From positions 1 to 44,002 of IMG/VR virus record IMGVR_UViG_3300011439_000027: a DNA stretch of 44,002 nt; one strand, written 5' to 3'. The notes under the pieces were generated by a model. That model saw only the letters and a list, made by a program, of their open reading frames with translations. It was not told the origin of the DNA and ran no database searches. Both the position numbers and the translations under genes were made by a program. How positions within the stretch are numbered: the first letter of the stretch is position 1; each line of letters begins with the position of its first letter. Shown in pieces: positions 17,610 through 25,400 of the stretch. The stretch is from a virus. Taxonomy: Duplodnaviria; Caudoviricetes.

Positions 17610-18254
17610 TTATTCGAGTTCTACGGTCTTCGGGAGATCGAGGACATACCCCTCACGAATATGGACCGCTCGACTGCCCTCAAGGCTTGTCCAGCCGTAG
17701 TTCACGTCAGTGTGCTTGGGGTCCACGCCGCAGAGATCGTAGAGATCGGCGACTGTCACCTGATTGAACTTGGAGAGGAGCTCGTACATATGATCCAGGA
17801 CGTCGTTTGCTTCCTGACGAGTGTCGAGCACGACCTCCTGGAACTCGTGACGTCTCCTGGCACGTGGACTCAGCGATCGCTCTTCTTCCTTACGCCAAGG
17901 CGTGGTGTTACTGGAGAACCGGTTGTAGCTGACGTGTCCGCCAGCTCCGCTCGAGCGGAAAGCCGACCGTCCGCCTCGCCCACCACCGCGTCCGCCGAAG
18001 AGAGTACGCTCCAGACCCTCGCGACCCAGATCCAGGATCATGTCCTTGGCTGCCGGAATGAGAACCTCCAGCAGCAAATATCGCCCGACACTCTGTGCAT
18101 CTTCGGCGATGAAGGTTTCCGCGAAGCGACGCATCAAGGGTTTGCGTCGGGTCTTTACCACTCCGCTGATAACCTTCTCTACCCTCTTCTCCGGCTCAGG
18201 CTTGGATGCGGGCTTAACCATCCGGCTGTTACCGGGAAGTTGAATCTCTTCCAT
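17610..18254 (-). CDS. Conserved phage protein with RGG-rich linker
   Basis: 214 aa; VTVADLYDLCG...YGW C-terminal module. Confidence 0.8.
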   Translation of the reverse strand: MEEIQLPGNSRMVKPASKPEPEKRVEKVISGVVKTRRKPLMRRFAETFIAEDAQSVGRYLLLEVLIPAAKDMILDLGREGLERTLFGGRGGGRGGRSAFRSSGAGGHVSYNRFSSNTTPWRKEEERSLSPRARRRHEFQEVVLDTRQEANDVLDHMYELLSKFNQVTVADLYDLCGVDPKHTDVNYGWTSLEGSRAVHIREGYVLDLPKTVELE

Positions 18255-18267
18255 GACACCTCTTCCA

Positions 18268-18302
18268 TAAAAAGTAAAACCAGAACCCTTGCGGGCCTGG
18301 CT
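18268..18302 (-). terminator. Intrinsic terminator of the cassette family
   Basis: CCAGGCCC-GCAA-GGGTTCTGG followed by TTTTACTTTT. Confidence 0.65.
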
Positions 18303-18308
18303 CGAGAC

Positions 18309-18554
18309 TTAAACGGTGTCCTTTTGACGGTGCTTCTGGAACGAGGCAATCAACGAATCGATCTTCTTCTCCGACCAGTCGACACTTCGGTCTGCAGCGA
18401 TACATCCGAGTACGTAACTCGCGATGATAATGGCGGCCTTATCGGTCACCTTATCAGGGCTTGTGTTGTTCTTGATGATCTCCTTGACTACTGTGTAGGT
18501 GGCGGATCCGACGACAAATCCGACGATTGCTTTCGCAACTTCAGTCTTAGTCAT
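18309..18554 (-). CDS. Small membrane protein (starts MTKTEVAK)
   Basis: AAAGGAG RBS; own promoter 18574-18606 and terminator. Confidence 0.75.
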   Translation of the reverse strand: MTKTEVAKAIVGFVVGSATYTVVKEIIKNNTSPDKVTDKAAIIIASYVLGCIAADRSVDWSEKKIDSLIASFQKHRQKDTV

Positions 18555-18573
18555 GGGGTCTCCTTTGTTTGTA

Positions 18574-18606
18574 GGGGTCTCATTAAAGGATATGTAAAGC
18601 TTGCGA
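18574..18606 (-). promoter_or_regulatory. Phage promoter motif copy
   Basis: TCGCAAGCTTTACATATCCTTTAATGAGACCCC. Confidence 0.8.
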
Positions 18607-18718
18607 TGTCGGGCGCAATTTACTGGCACTCTCGGCTGTCGTTGAAGGCTTGCGTCCGGAATGAGGAATATCGGTGAGACCCGTACCTCCATGCCTCCGC
18701 TTGCCCCCCTGCATCGCG

Positions 18719-18814
18719 TTACTTGATGATCCACCAGATGATGAGTGGGATGAACCACAGCCCACCCGTGCAGCAAACCATCACCGTGTGGAACATAACC
18801 CATCCCAGCTTCAT
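18719..18814 (-). CDS. 31-aa membrane peptide (MKLGWVMFHTVMVCCTGGLWFIPLIIWWIIK)
   Basis: AGGAG RBS; hydrophobic, with TGGLW motif. Confidence 0.65.
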   Translation of the reverse strand: MKLGWVMFHTVMVCCTGGLWFIPLIIWWIIK

Positions 18815-18822
18815 GACATCTC

Positions 18823-19455
18823 CTAGGATTCGTGGGCCCTCTGCATGATGAGAACCAGCAGAGGCTTGGGTACGGCGCCCTTGTGACGACCGACCAGAGC
18901 GTGGAACTCGGAGGCCGGCATGTCGATGAGCTCCTCGTTGGTGTATTCCAGTAGACCCTTGTAAACCGGAGGAATCTCGGCGATGTCCGGGATAGGAACA
19001 TCGGGGGTCGGAACGACGACATCGACTTCCTTCTCCGGATATGGCACGCCGTGGTCGGCGAACGCCTGCCTGGTGATTCCCTCGACGTCCACCTGGGAGA
19101 TCAGATCGGCCGGCATGATCTTCGCGACGAATTCGGCCTGACCACCGGGATTCTTGAGAAGGTCGATGAACAGCTCCGAATATGCTTCGGTCTGCATGAA
19201 GTGGTTGACGATCTCGGGCGACTTCACGAACCGGTCTCCCTCACGGCGACCGACCGAGACACGGATGAGCTCCTTGATGAAGGTCATGACCTTCCCGCGG
19301 TCCTTCACCATGTCCAGATTCATCATCTGCTGACGAAGACCGCCCTCAGGAGCCATCTCCATCTCGATGAGCTCGGCCTTGGTCAGGTTGAAGTGGAACT
19401 CTTCGGTGACAGTCTGACCGTCGAGGTTGGTGTACGTGATGCTCTTCTTATGCAC
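18823..19455 (-). CDS. Conserved phage hypothetical protein
   Basis: KKSITYTNLDG..EEFHFNLTKAELIEM...FMQTEAYSELF. Confidence 0.75.
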   Translation of the reverse strand: MHKKSITYTNLDGQTVTEEFHFNLTKAELIEMEMAPEGGLRQQMMNLDMVKDRGKVMTFIKELIRVSVGRREGDRFVKSPEIVNHFMQTEAYSELFIDLLKNPGGQAEFVAKIMPADLISQVDVEGITRQAFADHGVPYPEKEVDVVVPTPDVPIPDIAEIPPVYKGLLEYTNEELIDMPASEFHALVGRHKGAVPKPLLVLIMQRAHES

Positions 19456-19497
19456 GTTCTTACCCTTCGAGATATGAGTTAGATGGATTGGTGAGTG

Positions 19498-19638
19498 TTA
19501 CTCGTCTTCGGAAGCCTCGATCTCCTCTGGCGTCTCCTTGACCGCCGAGAGGATGATGATCAGGCCGGTCAGCATGAAAGTGACCGCGGTGGGGACGAGA
19601 ACCTTGTTGGACTTGATGAACTTGAGCACGTTACGCAT
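19498..19638 (-). CDS. Small membrane protein (starts MRNVLKF)
   Basis: AAGGAG RBS; one TM; acidic tail. Confidence 0.7.
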   Translation of the reverse strand: MRNVLKFIKSNKVLVPTAVTFMLTGLIIILSAVKETPEEIEASEDE

Positions 19639-19660
19639 TAGATCTCCTTGGGTTATCGGC

Positions 19661-20422
19661 TTAGCCGAACTTGTGATAGTTCCGGATTGGAGCGACGCGG
19701 TAATCCACCGCAAGGCAGGGCCTGTTGTTCTTACCCAGGACAGCGCTGAACTTCAGATCCAGTGGGCTGTCGTTTGTCCAACCGACCTCGTCCGACAGGG
19801 CTGTGGTCTTCAACCCGATCAGGTGGTAGAAATCGGTCAGAGAGGCGTACCCATCGTGGAGGATCGTGCGGTTGAGGTCGTTCTCTGCTCTCCTTAGGAG
19901 TTCGATGTCTCCTTCGAAATATCGGTCAGTGAACACCTCATAACACAATCCTTCATCCGAGGATATAACCACAGCACTAGACGCTAGCACTCGTTCTTGA
20001 GCGATTTCGTCTCGAGCCTGCTGTTCTTTCTTCTCGCCGATTTTGTCGACGATCTTCTCTCGGTACTCCGTGAAGGCTTTCTCGGTTACGGAATATGCTG
20101 CCGCGAGAGCCGCCGCGCGCCTGCTTCCGATCCGATTGGCACCGATGATAGCAGCGACAGTAAGGGTGGCTGTAGCTGCTGCTGGAATATAGAGCTTCCA
20201 GGTAAGTTTGATCTTCGCTTTCGCATCGAGACGAAGATGCGGAGTGTTTCCGATGGATCCTCTCTCAGCATAAAGGATTTCATCGGCCGCAAAGTACGAC
20301 GCTCTTCCGGTCAAATATGCCGTTGTCAGTGCGCCGGTCACCCCGATGGCAGTCAGGATGGTGGGCGAATTGTCCACAACAAGCTTCTCGAGCCGCTTTG
20401 CTAGCGAACTAATTGTGGACAT
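19661..20422 (-). CDS. Conserved membrane-associated protein (DUF6353-like, paralog of 16547..17470)
   Basis: NSPTILTAIG, AALAAAYSV, GYASLTDFYHLIG...VGW. Confidence 0.8.
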   Translation of the reverse strand: MSTISSLAKRLEKLVVDNSPTILTAIGVTGALTTAYLTGRASYFAADEILYAERGSIGNTPHLRLDAKAKIKLTWKLYIPAAATATLTVAAIIGANRIGSRRAAALAAAYSVTEKAFTEYREKIVDKIGEKKEQQARDEIAQERVLASSAVVISSDEGLCYEVFTDRYFEGDIELLRRAENDLNRTILHDGYASLTDFYHLIGLKTTALSDEVGWTNDSPLDLKFSAVLGKNNRPCLAVDYRVAPIRNYHKFG

Positions 20423-20576
20423 GGAAGCGATCTACCTCCTCGAAGCGTTCTTGTTGCGCTTTGGTTTCCTTGTCGAAGATCCGTCCCAGAACAAACGACA
20501 AGAACAGACCCATAGCCATAACTGCCACTATGGTTAAGCCGATGTACGTTTCCGCGCCGATATAGACGTCGGTCAT
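20409..20576 (-). CDS. Small membrane protein (starts MTDVYIG)
   Basis: GGAGGAG RBS; one TM. Confidence 0.65.
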   Translation of the reverse strand: MTDVYIGAETYIGLTIVAVMAMGLFLSFVLGRIFDKETKAQQERFEEVDRFHVHN

Positions 20577-20633
20577 CACTCCTCCTTTCCAAAAAAGTAA
20601 ACCCATAGTCCTTGGGGGACTAAGGGCTCCTCT

Positions 20634-20801
20634 TCACTCTGGGTCCGATGAATTCTTCTCGATGGCGCGCTGTACCATGACAGTTCCGACGATGCCGAGG
20701 ACGGTGGCTCCCGCCATCGCAGCTAGTTTGATGGCGAGCGCCTTTGCGTCAACGGTACCTTCGGAATCAGCTTTGGCCAGTGCGGCATTGATCTTTTCCA
20801 T
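20634..20801 (-). CDS. Small membrane protein (cassette gene, starts MEKINAA)
   Basis: AAAGGA RBS; promoter 20821-20853; terminator ~20591-20628. Confidence 0.7.
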   Translation of the reverse strand: MEKINAALAKADSEGTVDAKALAIKLAAMAGATVLGIVGTVMVQRAIEKNSSDPE

Positions 20802-20941
20802 TGGGTTTCCTTTGTTTGTAGGGGTCTCACTATAGACCATGTTTTTTCTGCGAGTTCTGTGGGAATTTCCCACCCGGGGAATTTTTGGAAAAGCAAAACC
20901 AGACTCCTTGGGGGAATCTGGCCTTGAGATTTACTCGGGGA

Positions 20942-21139
20942 TTACATGGTCCTGTACCTTGGTCGAGCGTGTTGGATGGATTGGTAGATTGCCTCGAACT
21001 CCTCGTGGGTGTACAGCATCGTCTCGGGTTCAGCCTCAGGCTTCTTCCGGACGATCGTTACACCGTTGAGGTCGTAAACGAGGGTCATCTCTACTTCTTC
21101 TCCATCGGCATTACGCGCGATTGTTGACACATGAATCAT
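20942..21139 (-). CDS. Small hypothetical protein (cassette gene, starts MIHVSTI)
   Basis: GAAAGGA RBS; own promoter and terminator. Confidence 0.7.
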   Translation of the reverse strand: MIHVSTIARNADGEEVEMTLVYDLNGVTIVRKKPEAEPETMLYTHEEFEAIYQSIQHARPRYRTM

Positions 21140-21253
21140 GATGGTCCTTTCTGTAGGGGGTCTCATTAAAGGATCTGTAGTTTTCGCGAGTCAAAAATAA
21201 GAGGGCATGCTGGATGCATACCCCCTCACTCTTCCTTAACGTTCGGGTTCGTT

Positions 21254-21532
21254 TTACCGTAGCTTCATCACGAAGGCCAGGGCTTTCGAGGTGACGACGT
21301 TTACTCTTTCGAATTGGAGGATCAGTATGATGCCGAGGATGTTTCCTCCGACGATCAACATGGTGTCTGGGCTGACACGCTGAATATGATTAGTTCTCAG
21401 CTTGTCGAGCTTACTCACCTGATCAATCATCAGGGGGGTTTCCTTGGGGTCGTACGTCTTCTCCGCAATCTGCTTGAGCAGTGCGTCGATAGCCTCGTCC
21501 AACTGGGTTGGTGGTTTGGGCTTTCGGAACAT
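21254..21532 (-). CDS. Membrane protein (cassette gene)
   Basis: AAAGGAG RBS; SPDTMLIVGGNILGIILILQFE. Confidence 0.75.
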   Translation of the reverse strand: MFRKPKPPTQLDEAIDALLKQIAEKTYDPKETPLMIDQVSKLDKLRTNHIQRVSPDTMLIVGGNILGIILILQFERVNVVTSKALAFVMKLR

Positions 21533-21582
21533 ACGTTCTCCTTTGTTAGGGTCTCATTATAGGAGATGTTAGGTTCGCGAAA

Positions 21583-21951
21583 TTAGCGCCCTGGCGGACG
21601 GTTACTCACCTTGAGGAGAATATGGCCTTGTGTCTCCAACGCGTGAAGGTCGACCGACTTCATGACGAGTTTGCTGTCGCCTTCTTCGTCGCCCTCTTCC
21701 CAGCTCATAATGCCGTCGTACTGATCCCCGGAAGCATCGTAGATCGACTTCATCCACAACACAGCGGTTCCGACGAAGGTATTGACCACAGCGATAGTGC
21801 CGGTGACCTCTTCGCCTGCCGGGAGACCCCAGATCTGTGCGAGAGCGAAATATAGACCGCCGATGGCCGGAAGCAGAAGCTGAGCGGTTAGTTTCAGCTT
21901 GTCATAGACCGCGCCTTTAGGCAGCTTCGGCGAGTTCGTTGTCTGTGTCAC
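21583..21951 (-). CDS. Holin (Dp-1 type)
   Basis: YDKLK..AQLLLPAIGGLYFALAQIWGLP.GEEVTGTI signature; 2 TM. Confidence 0.8.
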   Translation of the reverse strand: MTQTTNSPKLPKGAVYDKLKLTAQLLLPAIGGLYFALAQIWGLPAGEEVTGTIAVVNTFVGTAVLWMKSIYDASGDQYDGIMSWEEGDEEGDSKLVMKSVDLHALETQGHILLKVSNRPPGR

Positions 21952-22309
21952 GTTGTTCCTTTCCCTCCGTCTTGGCGGCCTGAATGACCTTAGAATATGT
22001 GTCGCGAGACTTAACCGGTAAATCTTGAACGGCGGCCATAACTCGTTCGGTCACGCCGTTACCACCGAGGGCTCTGTATGCTTCGTAGAGTCTTCGGTAA
22101 TCGTTGTACTCGTCGTTCGTTATCCCACCACGTTTGAGATAATCCATACCCATGGATATGATCTTCTCGTAAGCCAGCCCCTGCAGCAGGCGTTGTGTTT
22201 GGGACTTCTCTTTGTCCCTATGCTGCATATAGGCCCACAGTCCAGAAGATCCCGCAAGCGTGAACACTACGGTGATTATGGTCTGTAGCCATTGTTCCAC
22301 GGACAACAC
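21917..22309 (-). CDS. Membrane protein of the lysis region (holin-associated)
   Basis: N-terminal TM; YLKRGGIT..EY...YEAYRALGGNG motif. Confidence 0.7.
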   Translation of the reverse strand: MLSVEQWLQTIITVVFTLAGSSGLWAYMQHRDKEKSQTQRLLQGLAYEKIISMGMDYLKRGGITNDEYNDYRRLYEAYRALGGNGVTERVMAAVQDLPVKSRDTYSKVIQAAKTEGKEQRDTDNELAEAA

Positions 22310-22332
22310 CCTCTCACCTCCCTACAGAGGCA

Positions 22333-23160
22333 CTAGTTTATGGACTTCTTCCAGACACCGAGAATCTTCGAATATGGTCTTGCTAACGTCCACACTCCAG
22401 CGACTTTTACGTACGGAATCGCTTTCTTCCATACGCCCCCGTCGTTAACGTAAGCACCGGCAACAGTGGTCATGTTCGAGATCTCAGAATATGGTCCTTC
22501 TCCAATGGAGTTGTGCGCCTTGACTTTGAAGTAGTACTTCACTCCCGGATTAAGACCAGTAATCGTCTTGAATATGACTGCTGATGTAGTGGTGGATCCA
22601 GTTGCGTCCGTAGCAGTCCCATAGCTGATGGTGTAGCTGGTGTTAGGTAACCCATCTGCCACGTTTGGAAGCCACTCAACGGCTAGCTGCGTTTGTTCAA
22701 CAGCTGAATATGTCGGAGTGGATGGAATACCAGGATTTCGAGGAATGGTAGGGAGAGCCCAAGAGTTAGAGCCGTCTGAGAGGAAGTTCGGACCTCCACC
22801 TTGCCAACCACGAATTGAGACGTCCGCACTGAACGTCTTCGTTCCATCGGCATCATGAACAATCTCAACAGCACCCGCAGCGAATTGAATTCCTGGTGGG
22901 TGGTCTCCAGCAGCAGTGGTGTGCGACGAACTGAACGCATGAACCCCGTCACCACCAGCTTGATTGTTGTAAACCAAGACACCATTCATGTGAGCTGAAC
23001 CTTGGCGAAGACCTCGACAGGCAAATGCTGGATACTTCCAACCAACCTGCCACCACAAGGTAGATTTGTTGTTCGTCACGTCTTGTGAGACTAACTGCCA
23101 GTCTAGGTAGCTACTCTCCCCCGATAGAATGTCACCAAGAATTTGTCCGGACGTCGCCAT
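22333..23160 (-). CDS. Minor tail protein with fibronectin type III domain
   Basis: VHDADGTKT beta domain; ITGLNPGVKYYFKVKAHNSIGEGPYS (FN3). Confidence 0.8.
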   Translation of the reverse strand: MATSGQILGDILSGESSYLDWQLVSQDVTNNKSTLWWQVGWKYPAFACRGLRQGSAHMNGVLVYNNQAGGDGVHAFSSSHTTAAGDHPPGIQFAAGAVEIVHDADGTKTFSADVSIRGWQGGGPNFLSDGSNSWALPTIPRNPGIPSTPTYSAVEQTQLAVEWLPNVADGLPNTSYTISYGTATDATGSTTTSAVIFKTITGLNPGVKYYFKVKAHNSIGEGPYSEISNMTTVAGAYVNDGGVWKKAIPYVKVAGVWTLARPYSKILGVWKKSIN

Positions 23161-23171
23161 GGTTCACCTCC

Positions 23172-23411
23172 TCACGTGATGATCTTGAAGTGAATGTCTC
23201 CGTCGTTACCGCCAGATGGATCGAAGGTCGACGACGTGATCCCCGAGGCAGTACGATAGTTTGCTTTACCCACGGGGATAAGAGCTTTTAGCTGAGCGAT
23301 GTAGTCTCGAGCACGGTTGATCTCTCGAGCACCCCAGCGGACACGACCTTCCTCTCCATTATCTGGAACGAGCGCGTAACCCGCTGCAGCAGCATCATCA
23401 CCAACAGGCAT
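23172..23411 (-). CDS. Small minor tail protein
   Basis: PSGGNDGDIHFK tail-type motif; position in tail module. Confidence 0.6.
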   Translation of the reverse strand: MPVGDDAAAAGYALVPDNGEEGRVRWGAREINRARDYIAQLKALIPVGKANYRTASGITSSTFDPSGGNDGDIHFKIIT

Positions 23412-23412
23412 G

Positions 23413-24579
23413 TTACACATCCTCCCATTCTTCAGTGTCTAGTTCGTCCCACTCCTGAACGAGGCTCCAACCAATCCATGAGCCTGGCGTGATGAACAGG
23501 TTTAGAGCCAACGTCGGATAGGTTCGACGACCTTCTTTGTCGTTGATGATCACAACTTCAGTGACCTTCATCTGGCTTGTTGCGCCAGAATCATCTCTTA
23601 GTTCTACCAGATCACCAAGGTTGTAGTGCGTTCCGTAAATATAGCCGGTGTTAACGGCCAACTCTCCATCCAGGGCATCGAACATTCTGTTCTTGGCGAG
23701 CTCGTCTTTACCCCTTTGGATCATCTTGTCCGAGGCGTCCGGATCTAGCTCTTCGATGTCGTCGGCTTTTACGATTAGCACTCTGCGATCGAAGCCCGAA
23801 ATATCAGGATCAACGTCGGTCGCGTAGACTATCTCGTGTGTCAAACCGGCAGATATGACGTAAGCCACATTCTTGTATAGTGCCTGAGAAGTAACTCGAT
23901 TTGTGTTTTTGAGATTGTCCAGATCCGGGCTGAAGATCACAGCAGCCAAAGTTGACTGTGTTGTGGTTCGGTCGCAACCCACGTAGAGGTCGAAATATAG
24001 AACGCCAGTGACAGGATGTCTAACCAGTCGGAATCCCATCCCGACCAAATCACATATCTCTTTGATGGTAGCATAAAGAGAAAGATGATTAGGAGCGATA
24101 TAGAAGAACTCTTCTACGGGCTCGTCAATCGTGTCCGTCGGAAATATGTCGCTGCCCAGTTCTATACCATCGATGATGTCCCCGACGTCGAGATTACCAT
24201 CGATCACAACACTATAATACACGTACTCGATGATCTCTCGAGGAGTTCCGTCTCTAAGATATGGACTCCAGTAATCCTCAACCTGGAATGCCGCCAAACG
24301 TTGTTCGTACACGTTTTCGAGAGAGAAACCAGTGAACTTAAGAATTCGGCGACCTTCATCGTCCGTATAATCTTCCACGGTTTCAACACGCATCAACCTA
24401 TACGACTCGTTGATGTGAAGAACAGTTCCTATCGGAATAAGATTCCGAGTCGATGTGCTGTATGTTATGTGAAGTTCGAAATCTCCCATGGCCGAAAAGC
24501 GCTCGGTCCAGATTAGAGATTCGTACTTTTCAATAACGGCTATTCGACGGTAGAGACTGTCCAAGATAAAGACGTCCAT
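23413..24579 (-). CDS. Minor tail / hub protein (ReqiPepy6 gp37-like)
   Basis: YESLIWTERFSAMGDFEL...YNLGDLV; second gene after the tape measure. Confidence 0.8.
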   Translation of the reverse strand: MDVFILDSLYRRIAVIEKYESLIWTERFSAMGDFELHITYSTSTRNLIPIGTVLHINESYRLMRVETVEDYTDDEGRRILKFTGFSLENVYEQRLAAFQVEDYWSPYLRDGTPREIIEYVYYSVVIDGNLDVGDIIDGIELGSDIFPTDTIDEPVEEFFYIAPNHLSLYATIKEICDLVGMGFRLVRHPVTGVLYFDLYVGCDRTTTQSTLAAVIFSPDLDNLKNTNRVTSQALYKNVAYVISAGLTHEIVYATDVDPDISGFDRRVLIVKADDIEELDPDASDKMIQRGKDELAKNRMFDALDGELAVNTGYIYGTHYNLGDLVELRDDSGATSQMKVTEVVIINDKEGRRTYPTLALNLFITPGSWIGWSLVQEWDELDTEEWEDV

Positions 24580-25400
24580 TACAGACCTCCGTACCTTGGT
24601 GTGTATTCGAGCGTGAACGGAATAGGATCGCCCGTCGCATACACTCGAATATAGTTGTCGCCGGGCATAAGTTGTAGCCAGTTAGACTGTGGAGATACGC
24701 CGTAGAGAACCGAAGTCGTCACAGAAGATCTCAACAGCGTTAGACCTTTGCTACCTACGTTCGTGTTCAGCGTAAGGACATCGTCTGCTTCTAGGACAAC
24801 GGCAATATCGGTAGTCCTTACGACATCGTCCGCTGCACGATGGTAGACGGTGAATTCGGTCTCTGCTCTGTCGACAAGAAGGTTGAGTATGATTCCAGTC
24901 TCAACCGTCCCATCGTACTCGATCAGGAATTCCGTAGTGTCCGAGACAGTGTCTTCTTCCACTTCGATCGATTCCAGCGCGACGAAATCTGGGTCGAAAC
25001 AGACCAAAGATATGATCGCCTTAGGTTCTGCAGAGAAGAGAATAGAGTCAAAAGACTCCACTGTTCCAAATATCTCTACAGTTGGGTCGTCCTCGAAGAA
25101 GAAACGAAGCCCAACCTGAGACTTTGGCATGAAGAACTGGTATAGCTGATTACGAAGATCTCGGACGGATGTGGAAATATAGTCGGGTTCGAGACCCAGA
25201 GTAATGATGATGTTCCGGGTCTCTCGCCGACTCGCTTGAAATATAGCTCCGTCCAGCTGCGCGAAGGATGACGTTACAAGGGTCGCCTGAACGGGGTCCA
25301 ACCCATCAATACTTTGAACGATAAAACCGTCATCCGTAGAATCCAGATCCAAGGTCAAGAGTTGACCTAGTGACGATCGTACTTCGACCTGACTAATCAT
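24579..25400 (-). CDS. Distal tail protein (Dit)
   Basis: Follows the tape measure; IDGLDPV..., WLQLMPGDNYIR. Confidence 0.8.
   Translation of the reverse strand: MISQVEVRSSLGQLLTLDLDSTDDGFIVQSIDGLDPVQATLVTSSFAQLDGAIFQASRRETRNIIITLGLEPDYISTSVRDLRNQLYQFFMPKSQVGLRFFFEDDPTVEIFGTVESFDSILFSAEPKAIISLVCFDPDFVALESIEVEEDTVSDTTEFLIEYDGTVETGIILNLLVDRAETEFTVYHRAADDVVRTTDIAVVLEADDVLTLNTNVGSKGLTLLRSSVTTSVLYGVSPQSNWLQLMPGDNYIRVYATGDPIPFTLEYTPRYGGL

Larger units (their letters stand above)
20821..21580 (-). repeat. Second cassette cluster: promoter copies at 20821-20853, 21157-21189 and 21549-21580, with terminators at ~20894-20923 and ~21193-21227
   Basis: Same consensus and spacing as the 6.4-8.8 kb array. 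Confidence 0.85.
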
